From Candidatus Cloacimonadota bacterium (GTDB lineage Bacteria; Cloacimonadota; Cloacimonadia; Cloacimonadales; WRIO01), in the NCBI GenBank assembly GCA_029564175.1, contig JAKQQL010000291.1, positions 1 through 31,197 on the forward strand: a DNA stretch of 31,197 nt, read 5' to 3'. Shown one piece after another: positions 11,187 to 18,640 of the stretch; position 1 is the first letter of the stretch; each line of letters starts with the position of its first letter. The notes beneath the pieces were generated by a model. It saw only the letters and a program-made list of their open reading frames with translations, ran no database searches and had not been told where the DNA came from. The translations under genes and the position numbers were made by a program.

Positions 11187-11623
11187 AATTGATAATCCAT
11201 TGAGTTAAATTCGCTTTGATGAGCACTCAGTTTACGCACACGCATTTCTTTAAATTTCTCAGGATTCCATAAAGTAATATAAGAACCCTCACCTTTAATA
11301 ATCACGGTTTCACTAATATTGGCAATATCCAGGAGCTCGTCACTGATTCTGATTCTGCCGGGACCTTCAAGTGCTTGCTCCGGACAAGCGAAATCAATCA
11401 GGTTATTTAAAAATCTTTTCGCCCGATCATCTCCGTTTGCTGCCTTTTCTTTCAAACTTTTCCAGTTATCCAGAGGATATATCGCGATAGATTGATTAGG
11501 TCCAATCGTAACAATAGCACTTTGGTCTGCTTCGTGCGAAAATTTCGCTTTAAACGGAGCTGGAATAATAATTCGTTGTTTATTGACAGAATTTTCAAAG
11601 GTTCCTAAAAAATCCCCAGACAC
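11183..11623 (-). CDS. mraZ: Transcriptional regulator MraZ (divergent DNA-binding motifs)
   Basis: First gene of the dcw cluster, with two AbrB-like halves (F.GTF...RIIIPA.F; GRIRI..ELL..A.I). Start reassigned to GTG at 11623, behind an AGGAGG RBS at 11628-11633. Confidence 0.88.
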   Translation of the reverse strand: MSGDFLGTFENSVNKQRIIIPAPFKAKFSHEADQSAIVTIGPNQSIAIYPLDNWKSLKEKAANGDDRAKRFLNNLIDFACPEQALEGPGRIRISDELLDIANISETVIIKGEGSYITLWNPEKFKEMRVRKLSAHQSEFNSMDYQL

Positions 11624-11670
11624 GATTCCTCCTTTCAACTTATTGATTCAAGGCATTTTGCCGATCACTT

Positions 11671-11737
11671 ATATGAGATTGTTTGATATTTTTTGATCAA
11701 ACATGACTAATATTGACAAAACATGATATAAAGTCAA
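11671..11737 (-). promoter_or_regulatory. dcw promoter (TTGACT-N16-CAATAT) overlapped by six 10-bp-phased WTGA boxes, a candidate MraZ operator
   Basis: -35 at 11737-11732 and -10 near 11715-11710. Plus-strand TGA occurs at 11674, 11684, 11694, 11704, 11714 and 11724. Confidence 0.6.
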
Positions 11738-11916
11738 GCTTTTTTTTGAGTTTTTTTGATTTTTTTTTGAGTTATCCTTTTAAACTGATTTTTACTGTAA
11801 ATCAATCCATATCATATTGTGTTTTTGTAAGTTAAAAAATGAAGACAAATATCTCATGAGACCGCTTTTTTTAAATATTTCCATGTTTTTTAATCACTTA
11901 TATATCTGGCACGCTT

Positions 11917-11991
11917 GTACCGCAAGCTACCAGCTTGTGAATCGTTTTACCGCAAGCTACCAGCTTGCGAACGGCAGAAAAAAGCTACCAG
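11917..11991 (+). repeat. REP-like hairpin array, left copy (two 23-bp units plus a partial third, 30-bp period)
   Basis: GTAC-CGCAAGCT-ACC-AGCTTGTG at 11917-11939, TTAC-CGCAAGCT-ACC-AGCTTGCG at 11947-11969, partial AAGCTACCAG to 11991. Confidence 0.85.
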
Positions 11992-12073
11992 AATCTCAAA
12001 AAAGATTTTTTAGCGATCTTTTTGACGCTTTCGAATCACAAGTGTGTATCACAATTTTTTGGAGATTAAAATT

Positions 12074-12098
12074 AAAGACGCCCAAATTGGACGTCTTT
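12074..12098 (-). terminator. Probable intrinsic terminator of the orp-like operon
   Basis: Stem-loop AAAGACGCCCA-AAT-TGGACGTCTTT about 55 bp after the last stop codon. It has a G-U pair in the minus-strand RNA and a U-rich tail. Confidence 0.65.
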
Positions 12099-12153
12099 TA
12101 CAAAATTCGAAATGAGTTATTGAGAATTATAAAATTATCTCAAAAAAACCGAT

Positions 12154-12513
12154 TTAATGACCACAACTGTCATCATGATGTGCATGACTATGACAAACAG
12201 ATCCGGTAGATTTCAGTTCACCTTTGATATATTTTTCAGCCAGTTGTCTGGCATCTCCCATTGCACCGACGATGACTTCAATATCCCTTGAATTGAAGAT
12301 GTCAATTGCACCACCGCCCATACCACCAGAGATAATGACATTTACACCCAGATCACCTAAGAAATTGGGTAAAAATCCAGGACGATGACCTGGATTAGGG
12401 ATTGATTCGCTTTTGACAATCTGATCGTTTTCCACGTCAAAAATGTTAAAATTGACACAATGTCCAAAGTGTTCTGTTACATTTGTTCCTTCGCTTGCAA
12501 CTGCTATTTTCAT
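12154..12513 (-). CDS. NifB/NifX-family (FeMo-cofactor-binding fold) protein with His/Cys-rich tail
   Basis: MKIAVAS...HFGHC..F...GGMG..A; C-terminus CHSHAHHDDSCGH. Start moved to ATG 12513 (GGAGG RBS, ATGA overlap with the upstream stop). Confidence 0.88.
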   Translation of the reverse strand: MKIAVASEGTNVTEHFGHCVNFNIFDVENDQIVKSESIPNPGHRPGFLPNFLGDLGVNVIISGGMGGGAIDIFNSRDIEVIVGAMGDARQLAEKYIKGELKSTGSVCHSHAHHDDSCGH

Positions 12514-13388
12514 TTTTCCTCCGTTAATTCTATGTGTTTGATTGTATTCTGATATACTTTTTTGATGGCTTCCCTTGCTTCGCATTCATAGTCCATGATA
12601 CTTCTACCCTGATTAACTGCCTTAATCACCATGTTATCATACGGAATCATTCCAGTAAACAGAATCCCTTCCTTTTCACAGTAATCTTTAATTTTGTTAC
12701 TAATTTGTTGATTTGTATCATATTTATTGATACAGACTGCCGGTTTCACCTGCAATTTATGGGTCGTTTTTACAATTCTATCTAAATCGCTCATTCCTGA
12801 CAAAGAAGGTTCTGTTACAATCAAAACCATATCAACGCCACTAAGAGATGCAATGACCGGACATCCAATACCAGGTGAACCGTCAATGACAGCTAAATGA
12901 GTGTTTTCAGGCTTGTTATTTTTCATCTGCTTCTTAACTTCTGAAACCAGTAAACCAGAATTACCATTACCCATTTTCAACTGAGCAGTAGAGAATACAT
13001 CCTTAGCCTTATACATTTTCAGATTACCCACGACGCAGGGAGTCATGGAAATAGCTTTAACCGGACATATTTCATCACATAAACCGCAGCCCTCACAAGC
13101 AAATGAATCTACCTGATAAACTTTTCCGTTTTTTTGAATGGCATCAAAACGACAGTATTGAGCACAAAGACCACAAGCGGCACAAGATTCCTGGTTAATA
13201 ATCGCCTTATCAAGTCCATAAAAGTCTTTTTGTTCTGGGTTTACATGCTGAGACATCAGCAGATGAAGATTAGGTGCATCTACATCACAATCGGCATAAG
13301 CCTTAGCCTGAGATATCTTGATAAATGCACCCGCAACCGTTGTTTTACCGGTTCCGCCTTTTCCACTTAGAATAAGAAGTTGTTTCAT
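12510..13388 (-). CDS. MinD-superfamily P-loop ATPase with inserted 2x[4Fe-4S] ferredoxin domain
   Basis: SGKGGTGKT, DCDVDAPNLHL, two CxxCxxCxxxC motifs, DGSPGIGCPV, VTEPS.SG. Confidence 0.92.
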   Translation of the reverse strand: MKQLLILSGKGGTGKTTVAGAFIKISQAKAYADCDVDAPNLHLLMSQHVNPEQKDFYGLDKAIINQESCAACGLCAQYCRFDAIQKNGKVYQVDSFACEGCGLCDEICPVKAISMTPCVVGNLKMYKAKDVFSTAQLKMGNGNSGLLVSEVKKQMKNNKPENTHLAVIDGSPGIGCPVIASLSGVDMVLIVTEPSLSGMSDLDRIVKTTHKLQVKPAVCINKYDTNQQISNKIKDYCEKEGILFTGMIPYDNMVIKAVNQGRSIMDYECEAREAIKKVYQNTIKHIELTEEK

Positions 13389-14221
13389 ATTGCCAGCTCC
13401 TTTTTTATGTTTTCAAGGAGTTGTGCAAACAATTCTCTGTATTGCGGGTTTGTATCGATGATGATCTCAGCGTCAGAATTTTGCTTTGCGATCTCCTGGC
13501 TGTATGGAATTCTTGATAATATCGGAATTAGGTGTGTTTGGCAAAATTCTTCAGAGGGATTTTCGCCTTCCATCGTCTTATTCAAAACAACAGCATGCTT
13601 TTTATTGAACAGTTTAACCAGTTCATACACCATATTCAGATTATGAGCACCAAAGATACTGGGTTCTGCCACTAAAAGACAAAAATCTGCATCCTGAATA
13701 CTCTCCATAACAGAGCAGGCACTGCCTGGCGGGCAATCAATAATGACATCATTTGTACCCGTTTTTTGTTTCAGCAACTGTCTGATCACCGGTATTCCGG
13801 AAGATTCACCAATATTTAAAAAGCCACTGCTCACTTTTACCATATCTGAAGTCCCATGCTGAATTTCACCAATGACTTTATCAGATTCGGATATTGCTTT
13901 TTCAGGACATAAAAGAGAACATGCACCACATGAATGGCAGACCTCTTCAAATATGAGTACTTTGTTATAAATGTAAGCCATGGCATTAAAACGGCATTTG
14001 TCAATACATTTTCTGCAGCCATTACATTTTGTATGATCAACAACTGGCATCTTTACCTTTATCTCTTCTTTTTGTGTCAATGCCGGTTTAAAAAAGAGAT
14101 GCCCATTCGGTTCTTCAATATCACAATCAATGTAATGAGAATTTCCTGCAAGCCTGGCAAGATTTACTGAAACCAGAGTTTTACCAGTTCCGCCTTTTCC
14201 GCTTAATACTGCGATTCTCAT
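13385..14221 (-). CDS. MinD-superfamily P-loop ATPase with inserted 2x[4Fe-4S] ferredoxin domain (paralogue)
   Basis: SGKGGTGKT, DCDIEEPNGHLF, CNGCRKC...C and CHSCGAC...CP, DCPPG..C. Confidence 0.92.
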   Translation of the reverse strand: MRIAVLSGKGGTGKTLVSVNLARLAGNSHYIDCDIEEPNGHLFFKPALTQKEEIKVKMPVVDHTKCNGCRKCIDKCRFNAMAYIYNKVLIFEEVCHSCGACSLLCPEKAISESDKVIGEIQHGTSDMVKVSSGFLNIGESSGIPVIRQLLKQKTGTNDVIIDCPPGSACSVMESIQDADFCLLVAEPSIFGAHNLNMVYELVKLFNKKHAVVLNKTMEGENPSEEFCQTHLIPILSRIPYSQEIAKQNSDAEIIIDTNPQYRELFAQLLENIKKELAI

Positions 14222-14226
14222 ATCAT

Positions 14227-14592
14227 TTATCCGTGATGACCGTGAAATCCGCCATGAAACTGATCTAATACGGCTAATTTGTTATGTTCAAAAGCATCTA
14301 TATTTTCCTGAATGGATTCACCCTGACTTTTAAATATATTAATGCCAGCCGCATGAAGTACTTCAGCCGCATTATCTCCACATCGAGGCACCAACACCAC
14401 GTTCACTTTCTGATCGACTAAAAACTGAGCTGCTTTAATCCCGGCGCCTCCTTGACTGTTGGCTGCCGGATTTGTTAAATATTGTTCATCTTTTGTATCA
14501 GTCGTATAAATGAGATAATAGGGGGATCGTCCAAAAGAGGGACATATACCTGATTCTATATGATTTTCATTTACTGGTACTGCGATTTTCAT
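14227..14592 (-). CDS. NifB/NifX-family protein, orange-protein (ORP)-like
   Basis: MKIAVP...FGRSPYY...GGAGIKAAQ...G.NA..VL..AGI; His-rich C-terminus. Confidence 0.85.
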   Translation of the reverse strand: MKIAVPVNENHIESGICPSFGRSPYYLIYTTDTKDEQYLTNPAANSQGGAGIKAAQFLVDQKVNVVLVPRCGDNAAEVLHAAGINIFKSQGESIQENIDAFEHNKLAVLDQFHGGFHGHHG

Positions 14593-14601
14593 GTAATACT
14601 C

Positions 14602-14964
14602 CTATTCTGATTGTTCACATAAATTTTTTCTTTTTCTGCATCTGTGACAACCAAAGCCCTGCGTATTATGTTCACAGAGCTCATAATTGCCACCTTCAAT
14701 CTTGAGAATATAGCCATTCACCAATACATCAGCAATTTTTTTTCGGGCATCGTTATAAATCCTTTGAACAGTAGTTCTTGCGACATTCATACGATCAGCA
14801 CATTCTTCCTGCATCATCCCTTCGTAATCTATCAGTCTTACGCATTCATACTCTTCAACTGTCATATAAACCACTTTTTCTGAGCTGTAGTGATTGTTTA
14901 TCGTTCCAAATTCATTATTCTCCGGTAAACAACAAACCCGTCTTCCTTTTCTTGGTCTTGGCAT
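14602..14964 (-). CDS. DUF134-family predicted DNA-binding protein
   Basis: MPRPRK.RRV, EEYE..RL.DYEG..QEECA..M.V.RTT.Q HTH, IEGGNY, Cys-rich tail. Confidence 0.88.
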   Translation of the reverse strand: MPRPRKGRRVCCLPENNEFGTINNHYSSEKVVYMTVEEYECVRLIDYEGMMQEECADRMNVARTTVQRIYNDARKKIADVLVNGYILKIEGGNYELCEHNTQGFGCHRCRKRKNLCEQSE

Positions 14965-14986
14965 ATTCTAATCCTTTTTAAAGTTA

Positions 14987-15334
14987 TTAATTTTCTTTGT
15001 ACTTATCAAGTTCCTGGTTTATCCTCTTTAAATCTGTTTCGTATCTTTCTTTTTGTCTTTTCAGCATTTCGATCTGCTGACCTTCATCCATCATCTGATT
15101 ATCGGTGTAAACACCAATAAAATTTCTCTGCCTGTTTCGTCCAGAAAATCCACCTCTGTTTAAATCTGAACATCTTCTGCCCTGACCTCTTCCACAAGGA
15201 AATCCCAAAAAAGATCTCATTCTTCCATAAAATCCAGTATTCTGTTTGTTTGCATCTTCTGTCTGACATCCACCCATTCCCCGTCCGGTGAATGCGCCTT
15301 GTCCCATTGGACCTGTACCGTCTCTGCGTGGCAT
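14987..15334 (-). CDS. DUF5320-like small Gly/Arg-rich protein
   Basis: MPRRDGTGPMGQG..TGRGMG.C N-terminus and coiled-coil C-terminus. True start ATG 15334 behind GGAGG; the longer ORF call extends into the repeat array. Confidence 0.82.
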   Translation of the reverse strand: MPRRDGTGPMGQGAFTGRGMGGCQTEDANKQNTGFYGRMRSFLGFPCGRGQGRRCSDLNRGGFSGRNRQRNFIGVYTDNQMMDEGQQIEMLKRQKERYETDLKRINQELDKYKEN

Positions 15335-15367
15335 TTCTTCCTCCATTATGATGATTATCCATTTTAG

Positions 15368-15540
15368 CGCAAGCTGGTAGCTTGCGGTACAACGATACAC
15401 AAGCTGGTAGCTTGCGGTACGTCATTCTACAAGCAAGATGCTTGTAGTACGGGTAATTTCGCAAGCTGGTAGCTTTTTTCTGCCGTTCACAAGCTGGTAG
15501 CTTGCGGTACAACGATACACAAGCTGGTAGCTTACGTTAC
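15368..15540 (-). repeat. REP-like hairpin array, right copy (six 30-bp periods, inverted relative to the left array)
   Basis: Units at 15368-15390, 15398-15420, 15428-15450 (compensatory variant), 15460-15475 (partial), 15488-15510 and 15518-15540, mostly with 7-bp spacers. Confidence 0.88.
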
Positions 15541-15545
15541 ACCCG

Positions 15546-15614
15546 TTATGGACATATGTCATTTATTCTAAAGTCGGCTCGTTTGTCAAGTTCTTTTTTG
15601 ACATATGTTCATAA
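15546..15614 (-). promoter_or_regulatory. Promoter region of the orp-like operon with two palindromic GACATATGTY operator-like sites flanking a TTGACA
   Basis: TTATGGACATATGTCA (15546-15561) and TGACATATGTTCATAA (15599-15614) are inverted copies with 1 mismatch. TTGACA lies at 15589-15584; the -10 is ambiguous. Confidence 0.65.
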
Positions 15615-15630
15615 TCAGTCTGAAAAATCA

Positions 15631-15655
15631 AAAAGGGCAGATATTCTGCCCTTTT
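15631..15655 (-). terminator. Intrinsic terminator after groES (potentially bidirectional)
   Basis: Perfect inverted repeat AAAAGGGCAGA-TAT-TCTGCCCTTTT. Confidence 0.85.
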
Positions 15656-15692
15656 AAATGAATGATTGGCTACAGAAGCAAATCAACTGATC

Positions 15693-15965
15693 TTATGCAA
15701 CAATCGCTAAGATATCATTTTTAGAAACGATCAGTAATTTTTTGCCTTCTACTTCAATTTCTGTTCCGCTGTATTTAGCGTAAATCACTCTGTCACCGAC
15801 TTTGATGATTTTTTGTAATTCTTCGTCTGTGCCAACAGCAATTACTTTTCCAAGGTTTGGTTTGTCTTTTGCTGTATCAGGGATGATAATTCCCCCAACG
15901 TTCTTTTCTGCAGTTTCGTTTTCGATCTCAATCACAACTCTGTCTTCAATTGGTTTTAAGGTCAT
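15693..15965 (-). CDS. groES: Co-chaperonin GroES
   Basis: LKPIEDRVVI, GGIIIPDTAKDKP, KVGDRV.YAKYSGTEI, DILA. Start at ATG 15965 after GGAGG. Confidence 0.96.
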   Translation of the reverse strand: MTLKPIEDRVVIEIENETAEKNVGGIIIPDTAKDKPNLGKVIAVGTDEELQKIIKVGDRVIYAKYSGTEIEVEGKKLLIVSKNDILAIVA

Positions 15966-16013
15966 TTTCTCCTCCAATACTTTTTTCATTATAATTTAAG
16001 CTATTTTTTATTT

Positions 16014-16053
16014 TTAGCAAACTCCAATATAGATTGCTAAGAAAAAAAGTCAA
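16014..16053 (-). promoter_or_regulatory. CIRCE-like (HrcA) operator overlapping the groES promoter TTGACT-N16-TATATT
   Basis: TTAGCAAAC-N9-GATTGCTAA at 16014-16040 versus consensus TTAGCACTC-N9-GAGTGCTAA. -35 at 16053-16048, -10 at 16031-16026. Confidence 0.8.
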
Positions 16054-16523
16054 GTGATTTTTTTAAAAATAGCAGAGACTGCTCACAAGTGCTGAAAAAT
16101 CTAATCAATAAACCTGCTAATTTTAGAAATAGTTTTCCAATTTACAACAGCAAGATTATAACAAACTCAATAGCTTTGAATTAGAAAGGAAAAGATTTAT
16201 AGACACGATTTACGCTGATTTTAAGGATTTTATCTTTTGAGTTAGTTCCAAAAAAAGCACTATAACGTTGACTTTTCTTTAAATTGTTTTAACTTCATCT
16301 GTTTTTAGTTTTAAATATGACATTAGCGACTAATTCAAAGCTCTCACCCCAATAATAGGATTTCTCAATTTGCATACGAATTTTGTTTAAACCAGATAAG
16401 GGAGGTATAAGGATAGAATAAGAAAATGAATAATGTCTCCATACAGTGAAAAAAACATCAACTTGTACTTGACAAAAAATAGCGTTAAACGAATATAGCA
16501 TCATTAATTATGGAGGAAGTCGA

Positions 16524-16625
16524 ATGAAAACAACTCAGAATAGCAAATAGCCATTCCTGAAAATCATAAGACGCAGTATATGTTTCTGAACTGCTAATAA
16601 GCAGGCGTATTATTATTTTTCGGGG
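16524..16625 (+). promoter_or_regulatory. Leader peptide MKTTQNSK (16524-16550) plus structured attenuator-like leader of the ABC-F gene
   Basis: GGAGG RBS at 16512-16516. 16556-16574 pairs imperfectly with 16605-16624, and there are alternative inner stems. TTGACA at 16469. Confidence 0.6.
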
Positions 16626-16665
16626 TCCACTTACACAATAAAAGAAAATAATACGGAGGAAATAT

Positions 16666-18282
16666 ATGTTTACCATAAAAGCAGAAAAAATTAGTTACAA
16701 ATATGACGACGCAATCGAACCGATTATCAATGAAATCAGCCTTGATATTGGACAGAATGATAAAATTGCCCTGATTGGTCCGAATGGAAAAGGCAAAACC
16801 ACCTTAATCAAATTGATTTTAAAACAGCTACACCCGACATCCGGAACAATCCATTATCCTAAACAACAGATAAATATCGCTTACATGGAACAGAATTTTG
16901 TTTTAGATGAAGAGGTAAGCGTTCAGGAAGCATGCCGTTCAACTGAAATTGAACAGATGGAAAGAGAATTAGTTTTATTGGAAAAACAACTGGAACATGA
17001 CACATCTCCTTGTCTTATCGAACGGTACGGGCTTTTACAAACCCAATTCATAGAAGCAGACGGATATCATTATGCCAAAAAATGTGAAAAGATACTGGCT
17101 GGGCTTGGAATTGATGCATCAATGATAAACCGAAAGCTAAAATCACTTTCAGGCGGAGAGAAAACCCGTGTACAGCTGGCTAAGTTACTGGTGAATGAGC
17201 CAGATTTGCTGATTCTCGATGAACCAACCAATCATCTGGATTATGAAATGATCCTATGGCTTGAAAATTATGTAAAAAATTACCCAAAAGGATTACTTTT
17301 TGTTTCGCATGATCGTTCTTTTATAGACAATGTGGCAAATAAAGTGATTGTTTTGGAACGCAAGGGCTATACGATATTAAAAAGTAATTATTCTGAATAC
17401 CTGAAAACCAAAGAGGAAGAATTTAATGACCAAATGAAGAAATACAATGAGAGGCAGGACAAAATCAGCCAGTTAAAGGAAGCGGCAGCTGCCCGAAGGA
17501 AATGGGCATCTTCTTTTCAAAGAGAAACAGGCAAAGAAGGCAAATCTTATACATTTGAGATGGTGACCAATCCGGCAAAACAGATGATGAGACAGGCAAA
17601 ATCACTTGAGGGAAGAATCAGGGTCATGCAGGAGTCTGACCCGATAGAAAAACCATGGATTGAGAAAAAGAGAAAAATCAGTTTTATGGAAGATTCTCGG
17701 ATTTCCGAAACGGTTTTTACGTTGAAAGACATTTGTAAGTCATTTAATGGAAAAATCATCTTTAACTCTTTGAATTTATTAGTATCAAAACAGGAAAAGA
17801 TTCATCTGAAAGGTTTGAATGGCAGCGGTAAATCAACCTTGTTAAAAATGCTGTTAGGTGAAATTCTGCCGGATAGCGGTGAAATTCTATATGGCAGTCA
17901 TGTAAAAACAGTTTACTTTGATCAGGAACTTGGCAATTTAGACCAGAAATCAACTATCATTGACTTTCTGTTACAGTTTAACAATGATCATACCTTTGTC
18001 AGAACGATGATGGCTTGTCTAAAGATTGAAAGAGAGCAAGTGTACAGAGTTATTGGAACGATGTCCACCGGTGAACAGGTAAAAGTATCTCTGGCTTCAT
18101 TACTGGTTCAGAATGCCAATGTTTTACTATTAGACGAACCAACCAATCATCTTGATATTGAAGCCAGAATTGCCCTTGAAAATGCCCTGCAGGAATACCC
18201 TGGAACAATCATCTTTGTTTCTCACGACAGAACCTTTATTAAGAATCTGGCAACGCGGGTAATCGATTTAAACAACAGATAA
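16666..18282 (+). CDS. ABC-F family ribosome-binding ATPase, ARE (ribosome-protection)-like
   Basis: Two NBDs (GPNGKGKT/LSGGE/LDEPTNHLD; GLNGSGKS/MSTGE/LDEPTNHLD), no TM segments, extended helical interdomain linker. Confidence 0.92.
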   Translation: MFTIKAEKISYKYDDAIEPIINEISLDIGQNDKIALIGPNGKGKTTLIKLILKQLHPTSGTIHYPKQQINIAYMEQNFVLDEEVSVQEACRSTEIEQMERELVLLEKQLEHDTSPCLIERYGLLQTQFIEADGYHYAKKCEKILAGLGIDASMINRKLKSLSGGEKTRVQLAKLLVNEPDLLILDEPTNHLDYEMILWLENYVKNYPKGLLFVSHDRSFIDNVANKVIVLERKGYTILKSNYSEYLKTKEEEFNDQMKKYNERQDKISQLKEAAAARRKWASSFQRETGKEGKSYTFEMVTNPAKQMMRQAKSLEGRIRVMQESDPIEKPWIEKKRKISFMEDSRISETVFTLKDICKSFNGKIIFNSLNLLVSKQEKIHLKGLNGSGKSTLLKMLLGEILPDSGEILYGSHVKTVYFDQELGNLDQKSTIIDFLLQFNNDHTFVRTMMACLKIEREQVYRVIGTMSTGEQVKVSLASLLVQNANVLLLDEPTNHLDIEARIALENALQEYPGTIIFVSHDRTFIKNLATRVIDLNNR

Positions 18283-18462
18283 TTTTTAAATTCGGAGATG
18301 TGATTGTTCACTTTCTTACAAATATGCTTAACTGATAACTGATGATTTTAACTATGGACAGAAAAGTCATGATCATGCACAATTAAGATGATATTGGTCA
18401 ACATTAAGAACTTATCATTTACCCTTATTTTCATGCCATTTTTTTAAAAACAGACAAAAGTG

Positions 18463-18490
18463 TTGACAAATTTATCTCCTTTATTATTCT
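18463..18490 (+). promoter_or_regulatory. Probable promoter of the giant surface-protein gene
   Basis: TTGACA-N16-TATTCT, about 150 bp upstream of the GTG start. Confidence 0.55.
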
Positions 18491-18640
18491 AACTTTATGA
18501 ATTGTAATAAAAATACTTATCATGATTATCAAAACAAGGTCAGACGTTTGACGTTTCAAAAAAAACTTGAAGAGTGATTTATTATAGGATATATAATGAA
18601 GTTCATTGGTTCAATGAGAAAAAAACAAAAAGGAGATTTT

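Noticed and set aside
11817..12209. 130-aa plus-strand ORF
   Set aside because: It runs through the REP array and terminator (repeated TASYQL), has no RBS and shows no recognisable domain.
2021..14981. Numerous 60-90-aa antisense or out-of-frame ORFs inside dcw and orp genes (likewise inside the ABC-F, giant, AAA and FGE genes)
   Set aside because: They overlap well-supported genes and lack RBSs or motifs, so they are shadow ORFs.
15099..15512. 137-aa minus-strand ORF with repeated YRKLPAC
   Set aside because: It is a translation of the repeat array and overlaps the DUF5320 gene out of frame.
15368..15540. CRISPR array (regularly spaced palindromic repeats)
   Set aside because: Spacers are only about 7 bp and one recurs (AACGATA twice). 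There are no cas genes in the window, and the architecture fits REP-like elements.
11905..15550. Classical DDE composite transposon or MITE pair around the orp module
   Set aside because: There is no target-site duplication outside the 75-bp inverted copies (ACGCTT versus ACCCGT) and no transposase inside.
16191..16235. Short GATTT repeats (GATTTACGCTGATTTTAAGGATTTT)
   Set aside because: Irregular spacing, single occurrence and low complexity. It may be a fragment of a dispersed repeat, but this window cannot support that.
16295..16676. Small minus-strand ORFs (69 and 63 aa) between groES and the ABC-F gene
   Set aside because: No RBS or family motifs; they are antisense to the ABC-F promoter and leader.
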